Translations under genes and position numbers: made by a program
Part shown: piece by piece, positions 15,859 through 24,805 of the stretch
Layout of the letters: each line of letters begins with the position of its first letter
How positions within the stretch are numbered: the stretch's first letter is position 1
The notes under the pieces: generated by a model
What the model saw: only the letters and a program-made list of their open reading frames with translations
Database searches by the model: none
Told to the model about the DNA's origin: nothing
Assembly (NCBI GenBank): GCA_013695245.1
Contig: JACDAW010000020.1
Span: 1-24,805, forward strand
Source of the DNA: Pyrinomonadaceae bacterium
GTDB taxonomy: Bacteria > Acidobacteriota > Blastocatellia > Pyrinomonadales > Pyrinomonadaceae
DNA length: 24,805 nt
Direction: 5' to 3'

Positions 15859-16155
15859 CTAGCGTGTGAAAGAAACCCAGCCACGCGTGAGATAGTCACT
15901 GCTAGTTAAGACGAACATGATCGCGAGCCAGAAGAAACCGCCGACGATCACCAGCCACGTCAAACGCGAACTATAGCGCACGTGCATGAAGTAGAGAATT
16001 ACGAGCAGCGCCTTGATGACGGCGATGGTAAGCGCGACGACGTTATTGAGCGGGCCCAAATTAACAAACGCGACTCCAACTGTGATCGCGGTCAACACCA
16101 TCAGCGCGCCGAAGATCAGGAAGTAAAGGTTTTTCGAGACGATATGTTCCGACAT
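15859..16155 (-). CDS. ctaF: Cytochrome c oxidase subunit IV
   Basis: Three TM helices with IAVIKALLVILYFMHVRYS; last gene of the oxidase operon. Confidence 0.9.
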   Translation of the reverse strand: MSEHIVSKNLYFLIFGALMVLTAITVGVAFVNLGPLNNVVALTIAVIKALLVILYFMHVRYSSRLTWLVIVGGFFWLAIMFVLTSSDYLTRGWVSFTR

Positions 16156-16187
16156 AAATCCACCTTATGCTCTGTTTAATTCCTCGG

Positions 16188-16934
16188 TCAGTGGCGGCCG
16201 ATTAGATAAAGCAAGGGAAAGAGGAAAATCCAGACGATGTCAACAAAGTGCCAGTAAAGCCCGGCGAGTTCGATGTGCGAGTGATACTCCGGCGAATAAC
16301 GATTACGCAGCGCGAAGAAGACGAGCACGGACATTACGCCGATGCCGATGATCATGTGTAGGGCATGGACGCCCGTTAACATAAAATAGATCACGAAGAA
16401 CATCTGCAAGCGCGCGGGATCAACGTTCGCGGCCGCGTCCCCATGATGATGCTCTTCGTACTCCTCCATCTTTTTGTGTTCAACTTTGAAGTTCCGGCCG
16501 GGAATAGTGCCATGCGAAAACTTTGTGCCGTATTCGACGGCTTTAATGCCGAGAAACACAAAACCGAGAAGGATCGTAGCGAGGAGAAAGAGCACAAGCA
16601 ACGACTTGTTGCCCGTCTGCGCGAAGAAAACGGCGAGCGCCATTGTCAGACTGCTACCGATGAGAACGGCCGTGTTAATGCCGCCGAGCAAAACGTCTAG
16701 CTGATAACTCCCGGCCGCAAACTCGTTCGGGTTGGAGGCGCGAAAGAGCATGTAGGCGAGAAACATGCCGCCGAAGAACATAATTTCCGTCACGAGAAAC
16801 ACCCACATCCCCAGCGTCCCGGAGTCGCGTTGCTGCTCCATGTTGTCGAAATGGTGCGCGAGTCCGGGATGATGTTCCTCATCGTGCGCGGCGTCGTGGT
16901 GCGCGTCCGCATGATTCAGTGTCTGTGTTGCCAC
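16188..16934 (-). CDS. ctaE: Cytochrome c oxidase subunit III
   Basis: GMWVFLVTEIMFFGG, NTAVLIGSS, LTGVHALH and GLYWHFVDIVW. GTG start follows AGGAG. Confidence 0.95.
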   Translation of the reverse strand: MATQTLNHADAHHDAAHDEEHHPGLAHHFDNMEQQRDSGTLGMWVFLVTEIMFFGGMFLAYMLFRASNPNEFAAGSYQLDVLLGGINTAVLIGSSLTMALAVFFAQTGNKSLLVLFLLATILLGFVFLGIKAVEYGTKFSHGTIPGRNFKVEHKKMEEYEEHHHGDAAANVDPARLQMFFVIYFMLTGVHALHMIIGIGVMSVLVFFALRNRYSPEYHSHIELAGLYWHFVDIVWIFLFPLLYLIGRH

Positions 16935-16963
16935 AACAACTTTTGCTCCTTCGCTTAAACTTC

Positions 16964-18694
16964 TTAGTTGCCCGAATAACTCGAACGATCCGGTTTATCA
17001 TCCGGCGTGAGTTTGCCGACGACCTTCATCGTCTCCTGTGGCGCAAACTCGTAAGCTTCCCACGTCACAATCGGAGTTTCAACAAAATTCTCGGTCGGCG
17101 GCGGGCTGGAGGTGCGCCATTCTAAGCCGGTCGCCATCCATGGATCATCGGTCGCTTTCGGGCCGTAACGCAGCGACCATAATAGATAGATTAACGGAAT
17201 CGTAAATCCGATGGCGAGAATCGAAGCCCCCGCGCTTGAAAGCACGTTTAAGACTTGATACTCCGGCGGGTAAGCATGGTAGCGGCGCGGCATTCCTAAG
17301 AAGCCGAGCAAAAACTGCGGGAAGAATGTCAGATTAAATCCGACGAAAACAATGAGCGCGGAGAATCTTCCCCAGCCTTCCGGGTAGAGGCGACCTGTAA
17401 TCTTCGGCCACCAGTAGTGTATGCCGCCGAGATAAGCGAGCAGCGTTCCACCAACCATCACATAGTGGAAGTGTGCAACGACAAAGTAGGTGTCTGTTAA
17501 ATGCACGTCCATACCGAGCGAGGCGAGGAAGAGGCCGGTCAAGCCGCCGATGGCGAAGAGTCCGATGTAGCCGAGCGCGTAGAGCATCGGCGTGTCGTAA
17601 GAGATCGAGCCGCGAAACAGCGTTGCCGTCCAATTGAAAACCTTGATCGCCGAAGGCACGGCGACCGCGAAGCTGATGAATGAAAAGATCATTCCGGCGA
17701 ACACGGATTGGCTCGAAGAGAACAGGTGATGTCCCCAGACGAGAAAGCCGAAGACGGCAATCGCAATCGAAGAGAAAGCGACGAACTTATAACCGAAAAT
17801 ATTTTTGCGCGAGAAGGTAGCGATGATCTCGGAGATTATGGCCATGCCCGGCAGCAGCATGATATAGACGGCCGGGTGCGAGTAGAACCAGAACAGATGT
17901 TGAAACAGCACGGGGTCGCCGCCAATGGTCGGATCAAAGATGCCGACGTGGAACGTGCGTTCAAAAACGAGTAGCAAGAGCGTGATCGCGATCACAGGCG
18001 TGCCGAGGAGCATGATGAGGCTCGTCGCGTAGTGCGACCAGATGAAGAGCGGCAAGCGAAACCACGTCATGCCGGGCGCGCGCATCGTGTGCGTGGTGAC
18101 AATAAAGTTTAAGCCGGTGAGAATGGATGAAAAGCCGAGCACGAAGATTCCGAGTCCTGCAAGCGTGACATAGGTATTCGAGAAATTCGAGCTGTACGGC
18201 ACGTAGAAATACCAGCCAGTGTCAACGCCGCCGATCATGATCGCACTGGAGACGATCACCGCGCCGATCATGTAGAGATACCAACTCAGCAGATTGATCT
18301 TCGGGAAAGCGAGGTCTTTCGCGCCGATCATTAAAGGCACAAGGAAGTTTCCGAGTATGGCGGGTATAGACGGGATCAGGAAAAGAAAGATCATGATGAT
18401 CCCGTGATGCGTAAACAGTTTATTGTAAGTCGCCGCTTGCACGAGATCGCCTTTCGGCGTTAGCAGTTCGAGCCGGATCAGCATTGCGTAGATGCTGCCG
18501 ATAAAAAAGAAGAAGCTGACCGAGAAAAGATAAAGCAGCGCGATGCGCTTGTGATCCTTCGTCAACAACCAAGACCTGACGCTGTAATCAGCGTTAAGGT
18601 AATTCCTCTCGGCCGGGACGGGGCGCATCCTGCCACCGGGACTATCTACGGGCTGCTCGAAGGGTTTGTCGAACGGTGAATTTATCGAACTCAT
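16964..18694 (-). CDS. ctaD: Heme-copper oxidase subunit I, type A2
   Basis: THHG (heme a His), [23 protein letters not shown]-channel GAKDLAFP and K-channel AIKVFNW. Confidence 0.97.
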   Translation of the reverse strand: MSSINSPFDKPFEQPVDSPGGRMRPVPAERNYLNADYSVRSWLLTKDHKRIALLYLFSVSFFFFIGSIYAMLIRLELLTPKGDLVQAATYNKLFTHHGIIMIFLFLIPSIPAILGNFLVPLMIGAKDLAFPKINLLSWYLYMIGAVIVSSAIMIGGVDTGWYFYVPYSSNFSNTYVTLAGLGIFVLGFSSILTGLNFIVTTHTMRAPGMTWFRLPLFIWSHYATSLIMLLGTPVIAITLLLLVFERTFHVGIFDPTIGGDPVLFQHLFWFYSHPAVYIMLLPGMAIISEIIATFSRKNIFGYKFVAFSSIAIAVFGFLVWGHHLFSSSQSVFAGMIFSFISFAVAVPSAIKVFNWTATLFRGSISYDTPMLYALGYIGLFAIGGLTGLFLASLGMDVHLTDTYFVVAHFHYVMVGGTLLAYLGGIHYWWPKITGRLYPEGWGRFSALIVFVGFNLTFFPQFLLGFLGMPRRYHAYPPEYQVLNVLSSAGASILAIGFTIPLIYLLWSLRYGPKATDDPWMATGLEWRTSSPPPTENFVETPIVTWEAYEFAPQETMKVVGKLTPDDKPDRSSYSGN

Positions 18695-18696
18695 GA

Positions 18697-19890
18697 TTAC
18701 TGATTTTCCCTTCTCGGCTGATTACCGCCACTGCTCGATGAATTCGGGCGACTTGAACCGGGCGATGCTGCATCATTAGCGCGCGTGCTGCCAGCGCCTC
18801 TTCCCGCTTCAGCGTTCGGATTCGTCGGGGCTAACGGATTCGATCTCAACGAATCAGGATTCGTCGTTCCCTGTCCTGAAGGCGACGCCACTCCGGTCGA
18901 AGGATTATTCTCGCGCGCCGGAGCGGTCGTTTGGATTCCGTTTGATGCTGCTGGGCTGAGCGATTTGATATAGGAGACGAGTTGCAACAACTGCTCTTCG
19001 GATACTTGACCTTGATACGTCGGCATAATGTTGCTATAGCCCGCGACGATCTTCGCCGAAGGATTCAAGATTGATTCGCGGATGTATGCTTCGTCAACCG
19101 TGACGTTTCCGCCGTCGGCAAGCGGTTGTTGCTTACCGAAAATCCCCGCAAGCGTCGGGCAACGGCCGCCCGCTCCACCCGCGCTGTGACACGACACGCA
19201 GCCCAAACTATTAAAGTGTCCTTCTCCCGCAACGATTGGCGACACCGCGTTGAGATTGCCACTCAACCAAGCTTCGTATTCGTTGCGCTCCATCACTTCG
19301 ACGAAACCGCCCATCCCCGAATGATTCGTGCCGCAATACTCGGTGCAGAAAAGATGATAACGCCCCGTCTTCGTCGCCTCAAACCAGATGGCTGTATAGC
19401 GACCGGGCACCACGTCCGACTTGATGCGGAAATCGGGAATAGAGAGCGCGTGGATCACGTCTTCCGTCGTCATGATCAATTTGATCTTTTGTCCAATGGG
19501 CACGTGTAGTTCGTTGATCTCGCGCTGCCCTGTCGGGTGCTGGAATTTCCACATCCACTGTTTGCCGACAACGGAAATCTCCATCGCATCCTTCGGCATC
19601 CGATACATCGTGAAGTAAAGCTTTAAGCCCCAGCCGAAAAAGGTGAGCATGATGATGAATGGGATCACCGACCAGAGCGTTTCCAATTTCATCGAACCGG
19701 CGATCTGGCGCGGAATCTCGTCGGGGGCGCGGCGGCGGTATTTGATTACAAAGAAGGCTGCAACGATAGCGACCAGCAGTGTCATCACGGCGCTCACGCC
19801 CCACAGATAAAAATATAGCGCGTCCACTTCTCCTGAGATCGTCGAAGCCTGCTCCGGCAGCAAACGAACGGGCGATTGCAACAAAAACAT
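18697..19890 (-). CDS. ctaC: Cytochrome c oxidase subunit II with fused C-terminal cytochrome c (caa3 type)
   Basis: CuA ligands DVIHA and [12 protein letters not shown]; heme c motif CVSCH with distal MP. ATG at 19890 overlaps the SCO TAA (TAATG). Confidence 0.95.
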   Translation of the reverse strand: MFLLQSPVRLLPEQASTISGEVDALYFYLWGVSAVMTLLVAIVAAFFVIKYRRRAPDEIPRQIAGSMKLETLWSVIPFIIMLTFFGWGLKLYFTMYRMPKDAMEISVVGKQWMWKFQHPTGQREINELHVPIGQKIKLIMTTEDVIHALSIPDFRIKSDVVPGRYTAIWFEATKTGRYHLFCTEYCGTNHSGMGGFVEVMERNEYEAWLSGNLNAVSPIVAGEGHFNSLGCVSCHSAGGAGGRCPTLAGIFGKQQPLADGGNVTVDEAYIRESILNPSAKIVAGYSNIMPTYQGQVSEEQLLQLVSYIKSLSPAASNGIQTTAPARENNPSTGVASPSGQGTTNPDSLRSNPLAPTNPNAEAGRGAGSTRANDAASPGSSRPNSSSSGGNQPRRENQ

Positions 19891-20861
19891 TAAGCCGTTC
19901 CTCCTACTTCGCTTGTTGTCGGTCGTTCCATTTCGCCCGCGTGCGGTTTCCAACGTATCAACACGAACAGCATCGCCGCAAAACCGATCAGAAAGATCAC
20001 TCCGCCCAGACGCAAAATATTCATCACCCGCGCGCCGTATTTTCCGGTCGCCGGATCGTAGTGATAACAATAGAGCAAAAGGCGATCAACGGGCGAACCG
20101 ATCTTGTTGTCCGAAGCCTCAATTAATCCCAAGCGGATTTCCTTCGGCGCATACTCGATGCCGTAAAAGTAATGCGACAGGCGACCTTCGGGCGTGGCGA
20201 CCATCACGGCCGAGGCGTGCGCGAATTGATTCGTCGTCGGATCATAAGCGTAACGAAAGCCGACTGCCTCCGTAAGACGCTTGATGGAATTTTCGTCGCC
20301 CGTCAGAAAATGCCAACCTGCGGCGGCGGGCGCAGAAGGGCGGTCGTAGCGCGTAAGGAATGTGCTTTTCTTTTGGCGCGCGAGTCCCGGCGTTTCGCGT
20401 GGATCGAAACTGACGGTTAGCACTTCAAATTCTTTTCCGACATCAAACGTCAAAGCCTTGAGACTTCCGACGAGACCGATCAGCACTTGGTTACAGAGCA
20501 TCGGGCATTCGTAATAGACGAGCGATAAAATTACCGGCTTACCATGACTGAAGTATTGCCCAAGCTTAACCTGTTGCCCGTTCTCATCGCGGAAGACTGC
20601 ATCAAGCGGTAGTTGTTCATTAAGACGCTGATCGATCCCAACGTTCTGCAAAGGGTTCGGCACATTGCCGTCCTGTCGCCCCACTTCCGGCGGCCCGGCA
20701 TAGTAACCGCCTTGCATTCCCTGCCCGAAGGCGGGAACGACGAACGCCAACGAAATTATTAAAGCTAATATGGAAGCGCGAAAACGAGATGACGAAACGC
20801 AGACGCAAGAAAAGTTTTTGCGTTCATTCTTCCTTCTGCCACCGCGCGGTACTGCTTTCAC
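19890..20861 (-). CDS. SCO1/SenC family copper chaperone
   Basis: CxxxC motif YECPMLC, WHFLTG, conserved His (FAHAS) and a C-terminal TM helix. GTG start overlaps the upstream TGA. Confidence 0.9.
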   Translation of the reverse strand: MKAVPRGGRRKNERKNFSCVCVSSSRFRASILALIISLAFVVPAFGQGMQGGYYAGPPEVGRQDGNVPNPLQNVGIDQRLNEQLPLDAVFRDENGQQVKLGQYFSHGKPVILSLVYYECPMLCNQVLIGLVGSLKALTFDVGKEFEVLTVSFDPRETPGLARQKKSTFLTRYDRPSAPAAAGWHFLTGDENSIKRLTEAVGFRYAYDPTTNQFAHASAVMVATPEGRLSHYFYGIEYAPKEIRLGLIEASDNKIGSPVDRLLLYCYHYDPATGKYGARVMNILRLGGVIFLIGFAAMLFVLIRWKPHAGEMERPTTSEVGGTA

Positions 20862-21466
20862 TGCTTTCTCCTTTCATCCCTTCGCCCCGCGCTCTGATAG
20901 GTCGGGATATTGTCGAAGCCTTCAGGCTGCTGATTCTGTTGCTGTTGTTGTTGGCGCACCGGCAGATTCGATTCAGCTACGCGCCGCATCGCTTCCTCTA
21001 TCGGCAAACCCACTGTTCCCGCGTTGCGATCAACCCAGTGGTAATTCTCCAGATCGTGATTCCATTGCTCGCGCAGCAATATCATTTCTTCTTGCGGTTT
21101 TCCGGGCGCTTTTGTAGTCGAGAGATCAACTCTTCGATTATTCTCCAAGTCAATTCCCGCGCCGGGCGCGAGTTGCAGACGCGGCGGCGGTGGCAAACGC
21201 TCATCGTCCTTGCGAGTCAGCGGTGAACGCGAACGCGCCTCTTCCGCGTCAGCCCGCTTCGCGCGCCAGTTAAGAAGAGTAAACAAACCGAACACGAGCA
21301 CAAACGAGAACGCCAAAGCGATCCCTAAGCCGCCGATAAAGCGTATGATCGCGCTGGCATTAACGTCGTTTACTTCGTGCTTCACGTCCGGGTTGCTGAT
21401 GCGCGAAACATCCGGTGTTTCACGGTCGTGATCTCCCATCATTTCATGTCCGAGCGAATCTCTCAT
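20858..21466 (-). CDS. ActG-like single-TM accessory subunit of alternative complex III
   Basis: One TM helix followed by PPPRLQ...L..Y.WVD...GTVGLPIEEAM. Its position between actF and SCO matches the ActG slot. Confidence 0.65.
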   Translation of the reverse strand: MRDSLGHEMMGDHDRETPDVSRISNPDVKHEVNDVNASAIIRFIGGLGIALAFSFVLVFGLFTLLNWRAKRADAEEARSRSPLTRKDDERLPPPPRLQLAPGAGIDLENNRRVDLSTTKAPGKPQEEMILLREQWNHDLENYHWVDRNAGTVGLPIEEAMRRVAESNLPVRQQQQQQNQQPEGFDNIPTYQSAGRRDERRKQ

Positions 21467-21518
21467 AACCCTTTAACCTTTTTCACGCGCTTTCTTGCCC
21501 TTCGCCATCCGTCAATCA

Positions 21519-22787
21519 TCAATGGTGATGATGCCCGTGATGCAACGCTTTCTCCAGCAGCGGATCGCCCAACGGCATGAGCGGACGCCTTCTCAACTGC
21601 CACGCGAAAAGCGCGAGCCATACGCCGCCGATCCCGATCAGTGCCGCAAAGCCAAACAAAATCGCCACCGGATTGAGATGCCCGACGTATGAGGGCGCGC
21701 CGTGCCCCCGGTGCGCCTCCGGCGCGATCAACCAGACGACATCAACCATGCGCATCAACAACACGAACAACGCCACTGCGCCGAGCGTGCGCGCATGACG
21801 TTTTAGATCGCGCGACAGCAGCAGCAGGAACGGTAACGCGAAATGAAAAACGATCAGCGCAATGCTCACAACCTGCCAACCGCCGCTGTAGCGCCGCAGA
21901 TACCACGGAATCTCTTCCGGCAAGTTGCCCGACCAGATGATCAGCAACTGCGAAAACGAAAAATACGCCCACAGCATGACGAACGCGAGAAGGAGTTTTC
22001 CGAGATCGTGAAAATGCGCCGGAGCTAATATGTCGTTCATCGGCCGCCGCTGCGCTAAGAATACAGAGACGGCGATCACAAACGCGAGCGCGCTCAAGCC
22101 CCAGCCGCCCATAAAGAGAATGCCGAAGATCGTCGAATACCATTCCGGGTCGAGCGACATCACCCAATCAACGGATGCGAAAGTTGTTGTCAACGCAAAC
22201 AAGACGAGGCCGGGGCCGCTAAGCGTGCGCATTTGTCGCTCGTAAATGTAACCGTTCGCCGGATCGTTATCCTGTTGATTTGACCACACGTTTAAGAAGT
22301 AAGAGAGAGCGCCGAAGATGGCGAAATACAGAATCGTGCGCCCGATGAAGAACGGCAGATTCAAGTAAGGCGCTTTCCATTGCAAAAACTGGTTTGCCTG
22401 CACTGCATCTCTGTGCGTCCACTCGTAAAGAAAAGGCGCACCGATGACGACTGGGATAAAGAGCAACAGCATCACCAAGAGCGTAAGCGGCGACGATGCC
22501 GCTTCAAGCACGCGACGGATCACGACGCCCCACGCGCCGCCCGCCAGATGTTGGATCATCAAGATCGCAAGGCATCCGGCCGAGACGCCCGTCCAAAAAA
22601 CGAAGCCGATCAGGTACGAGTGAAAGAACTGTTCGATGTCGAGAAACGCTCCGAGCAGCGTGAGCGCGATGCCGACGACCGCTGCGATAAGCGCAAGCGT
22701 CTGCAAGCGTCCGACTTCGAGCGAAGCGGCGAAATCCGCGGCCGTTCGGTGTGCCGCATGAACGTCGTGCGTGTGAACTTCGCTCAA
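21519..22787 (-). CDS. actF: Alternative complex III subunit ActF
   Basis: Polytopic NrfD-like protein with MIQHLAGGAWG, YLNLPFF, DWVMSLDPEWYSTIFG, HFHDLGKLL and IWSGNLPEEIPWY. TTG start overlaps the actE TGA. Confidence 0.9.
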   Translation of the reverse strand: MSEVHTHDVHAAHRTAADFAASLEVGRLQTLALIAAVVGIALTLLGAFLDIEQFFHSYLIGFVFWTGVSAGCLAILMIQHLAGGAWGVVIRRVLEAASSPLTLLVMLLLFIPVVIGAPFLYEWTHRDAVQANQFLQWKAPYLNLPFFIGRTILYFAIFGALSYFLNVWSNQQDNDPANGYIYERQMRTLSGPGLVLFALTTTFASVDWVMSLDPEWYSTIFGILFMGGWGLSALAFVIAVSVFLAQRRPMNDILAPAHFHDLGKLLLAFVMLWAYFSFSQLLIIWSGNLPEEIPWYLRRYSGGWQVVSIALIVFHFALPFLLLLSRDLKRHARTLGAVALFVLLMRMVDVVWLIAPEAHRGHGAPSYVGHLNPVAILFGFAALIGIGGVWLALFAWQLRRRPLMPLGDPLLEKALHHGHHHH

Positions 22788-23629
22788 TGTCCTTCTCCTC
22801 CGCCTTGGTGCTCGGCGTTTCCGCCTTCAAGCTGATTGCGTTTGTCTGCGGGAACGTCTGTCGGAGTTCCCTGCTGGCTCGCTTGCAGTGCGCGAATGTA
22901 GGCGGCAATCGCCCACCTGTCGCGCACCGGAATCTGCGGCGCGTAGTTTGGCATCGAACCCCAGCCGTTTGTGATCACATCGAAGAAATGCCCGACGCGC
23001 TCTTGCCGCAAACGATCTTCATGATATGACGGCGGCTTTTTGTAGCCGCGCCTGACGACCATTCCATCACCGTAGCCGGTTGCGCCATGACACATCGAAC
23101 AGAAAATGTTGTAACGCTCCTTCCCGCGCACAAGCACTTCCATCGTTACGGGGAACGGAAAAGCGTCAACGTTCAATGGATCGGATTGACTCGCCTGCGC
23201 GCCTCCGCTTGCAGAGTTTCCGCCCGCCCCTCCCTGCTGTTGTTGTTGCCCGCCGCTCGCGGCGTTTGCGGCGTTCTGCGATGCGGAGGCGTTCGGCGCG
23301 TTCCGTTGATTACCGCCACTTGCTGCGCCGCCCGCGGCCGCATTCTTTCCGGTATAGAGCTGCCCGTCTTCGCGCAAGTAGCCACGCGGCACGGTGTTCG
23401 GCGGCGGCTTGCGCGAGGCGAGACCGTCGGCGAAAAATTCGCTCTTCTCATAAGCCTCGTAACGCGGCTGATCCTGCATGTCGCGCCGACATCCAGCGAT
23501 AAACAGAACACACAAGAGCGCAACGAAAAGCACGAAGGCGCGCGCGTGAGATTCGCGCATGAAACGAAAATCTTTCGTTGCGCGCGAAACCCTTCGCGTT
23601 TCAACTTTGTCAACCTTAGTAGTCAACAT
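22784..23629 (-). CDS. actE: Alternative complex III monoheme cytochrome c lipoprotein ActE (start 23629 or 23560)
   Basis: Lipobox FIAG-C, DMQDQPRY, CSMCHG heme motif, and VITNGWGSMP...DRWAIAAYIRALQ. Confidence 0.9.
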   Translation of the reverse strand: MLTTKVDKVETRRVSRATKDFRFMRESHARAFVLFVALLCVLFIAGCRRDMQDQPRYEAYEKSEFFADGLASRKPPPNTVPRGYLREDGQLYTGKNAAAGGAASGGNQRNAPNASASQNAANAASGGQQQQQGGAGGNSASGGAQASQSDPLNVDAFPFPVTMEVLVRGKERYNIFCSMCHGATGYGDGMVVRRGYKKPPSYHEDRLRQERVGHFFDVITNGWGSMPNYAPQIPVRDRWAIAAYIRALQASQQGTPTDVPADKRNQLEGGNAEHQGGGEGH

Positions 23630-24176
23630 CAGACACCTCACGCGAGTTTAAGCTTCGCAGGAAAAGCTTTGTCTCGTCGCGGTCGAATTTAGGATCGGTT
23701 GATTCGATCAGCAGAAAAAAGCGGTTGCGGCTCGCCAGTTCAAAACGCGGTACGTTAAAGACCGGATGATACGGCCTCGGCAATCCGTTCAAAACGATCA
23801 TGCCGACAACTGCGGTCGTCGCCGCCAAAAGCACCGTGCATTCAAACGTCACCGGAATATATGACGGGATGCTGACGAGCGGGCGACCGCCGATGATGAG
23901 CGGGTAATCAACCGCCATCATGTAAGCCTGCATCAGAAAGCCGCCGATGCAGCCCGCGAGTCCGCCGAGAAAAATAAGTAGAGGCAAGCGCGTCTTCTTC
24001 GCCCCGACCGCTTCCGTTAATTCGTGAATCGGAAATGGCGAGAAGGCGTCCATCTGCCGGTAGCCCGCATCGTGCGCCTGACGCGCGGCATTTACGACGC
24101 CGGTTGGCGTGTCAAACTCCGCCATCAAACCGTAGATCGGTCGATCATCTCTTTGGAGTAAATCTTCATTCATCAT
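23616..24176 (-). CDS. actD: Alternative complex III subunit ActD (DUF3341)
   Basis: GLMAEFD, MDAFSPFPIHEL, DYPLIIGGRP and IPVTFECTVL, with two TM helices. Confidence 0.92.
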   Translation of the reverse strand: MMNEDLLQRDDRPIYGLMAEFDTPTGVVNAARQAHDAGYRQMDAFSPFPIHELTEAVGAKKTRLPLLIFLGGLAGCIGGFLMQAYMMAVDYPLIIGGRPLVSIPSYIPVTFECTVLLAATTAVVGMIVLNGLPRPYHPVFNVPRFELASRNRFFLLIESTDPKFDRDETKLFLRSLNSREVSDVDY

Positions 24177-24238
24177 AAAGCCGCTACTCCGTTTTCCTCT
24201 CTGCGCTCAACATAAAATAGAATCGTCGCCTTCGCTCC

Positions 24239-24805
24239 TTAATCGCCTGCCGCTGGAGAAGGTTCGGGCACAGTCGTCGTCGTTTCTTCCGTCACGTGGG
24301 ACTGCGGCAGCAAAGTCCGCACCTCGAAGATCGAGATCATCGGAAGCAGCCGCAAGAAAACGAAGATGAAAGTGACGAACAATCCGATGGTGCCGAAAAA
24401 CGTCATCAAGTCCCAGATCGTCGGCTGGAACATGCCCCACGATGACGGCAGATAATCGCGGTGCAAACTTGTGACGACGATGATGAAACGCTCCAGCCAC
24501 ATGCCGACGTTGACCACCATCGAGATTAACCACAACACGATCAAGTTCTCGCGCACGCGCTTTGACCAGAGAAACTGCGGGATCAATCCGTTGCACATAA
24601 TCAGCGACCAGTAAAAGACGGCATACGGCCCCATCGCGCGGTTTTTAATCATAAACCATTCGTAGCCGCCCGCGTACCAGCCGAAGAACGCTTCCATAAT
24701 ATAGCCGTAGAAATCGATCAGCCCCGTCGCCAGCATGAGCTTCTCAGCATTGTGTATGTGGCGCATCGTGATGAAGTCTTCGAGGTGATACCACTTCCGC
24801 AAGGG
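24239..24805 (-). CDS. actC: Alternative complex III subunit ActC (NrfD/PsrC family), C-terminal part; 5' end outside the window
   Basis: KLMLATG...YGYIMEAFFGWY, NVGMWLERFIIVVTSLHRDYLPSSW and FLRLLPMISIFEV. Confidence 0.93.
   Translation of the reverse strand, partial: PLRKWYHLEDFITMRHIHNAEKLMLATGLIDFYGYIMEAFFGWYAGGYEWFMIKNRAMGPYAVFYWSLIMCNGLIPQFLWSKRVRENLIVLWLISMVVNVGMWLERFIIVVTSLHRDYLPSSWGMFQPTIWDLMTFFGTIGLFVTFIFVFLRLLPMISIFEVRTLLPQSHVTEETTTTVPEPSPAAGD

Noticed and set aside
19891-20070. N-terminal extension of oxidase subunit II to 20070
   Set aside because: It lies inside the SCO gene. The TAATG overlap at 19890 is the natural coupled start.

Overview
Housekeeping-rich bacterial chromosomal window. 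Its gene families and style suggest Acidobacteriota, probably Blastocatellia (inference, not a database result). From left to right it holds: (1) the tRNA-Thr(TGT)-Tyr(GTA)-Gly(TCC)-Thr(GGT)-tuf cluster on the minus strand; (2) a secreted TsaP/FlgT-C-like protein followed by an unannotated 28-aa hydrophobic ORF; (3) pgsA; (4) uvrA and a deoxyhypusine-synthase-fold protein; (5) a FecA-like TonB-dependent receptor with a Fur-like box; (6) a DksA/TraR protein and xerC; (7) a tightly coupled secreted protein-trmFO-VWA trio; (8) the distal part of an alternative complex III (actCDEF, actG-like) + SCO + A2-type caa3 oxidase operon. I found no CRISPR array, transposase or prophage. The best leads are the 28-aa membrane ORF, two long hairpins built from related 7-nt repeats, a face-to-face promoter pair with a terminated ~130-nt candidate sRNA between pgsA and uvrA, a DHS-fold protein lacking the catalytic Lys, a DksA with a Cys3-Asp zinc site, and His-rich or disordered additions on several respiratory subunits. 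All family assignments come from motif recognition by eye; no searches were run.
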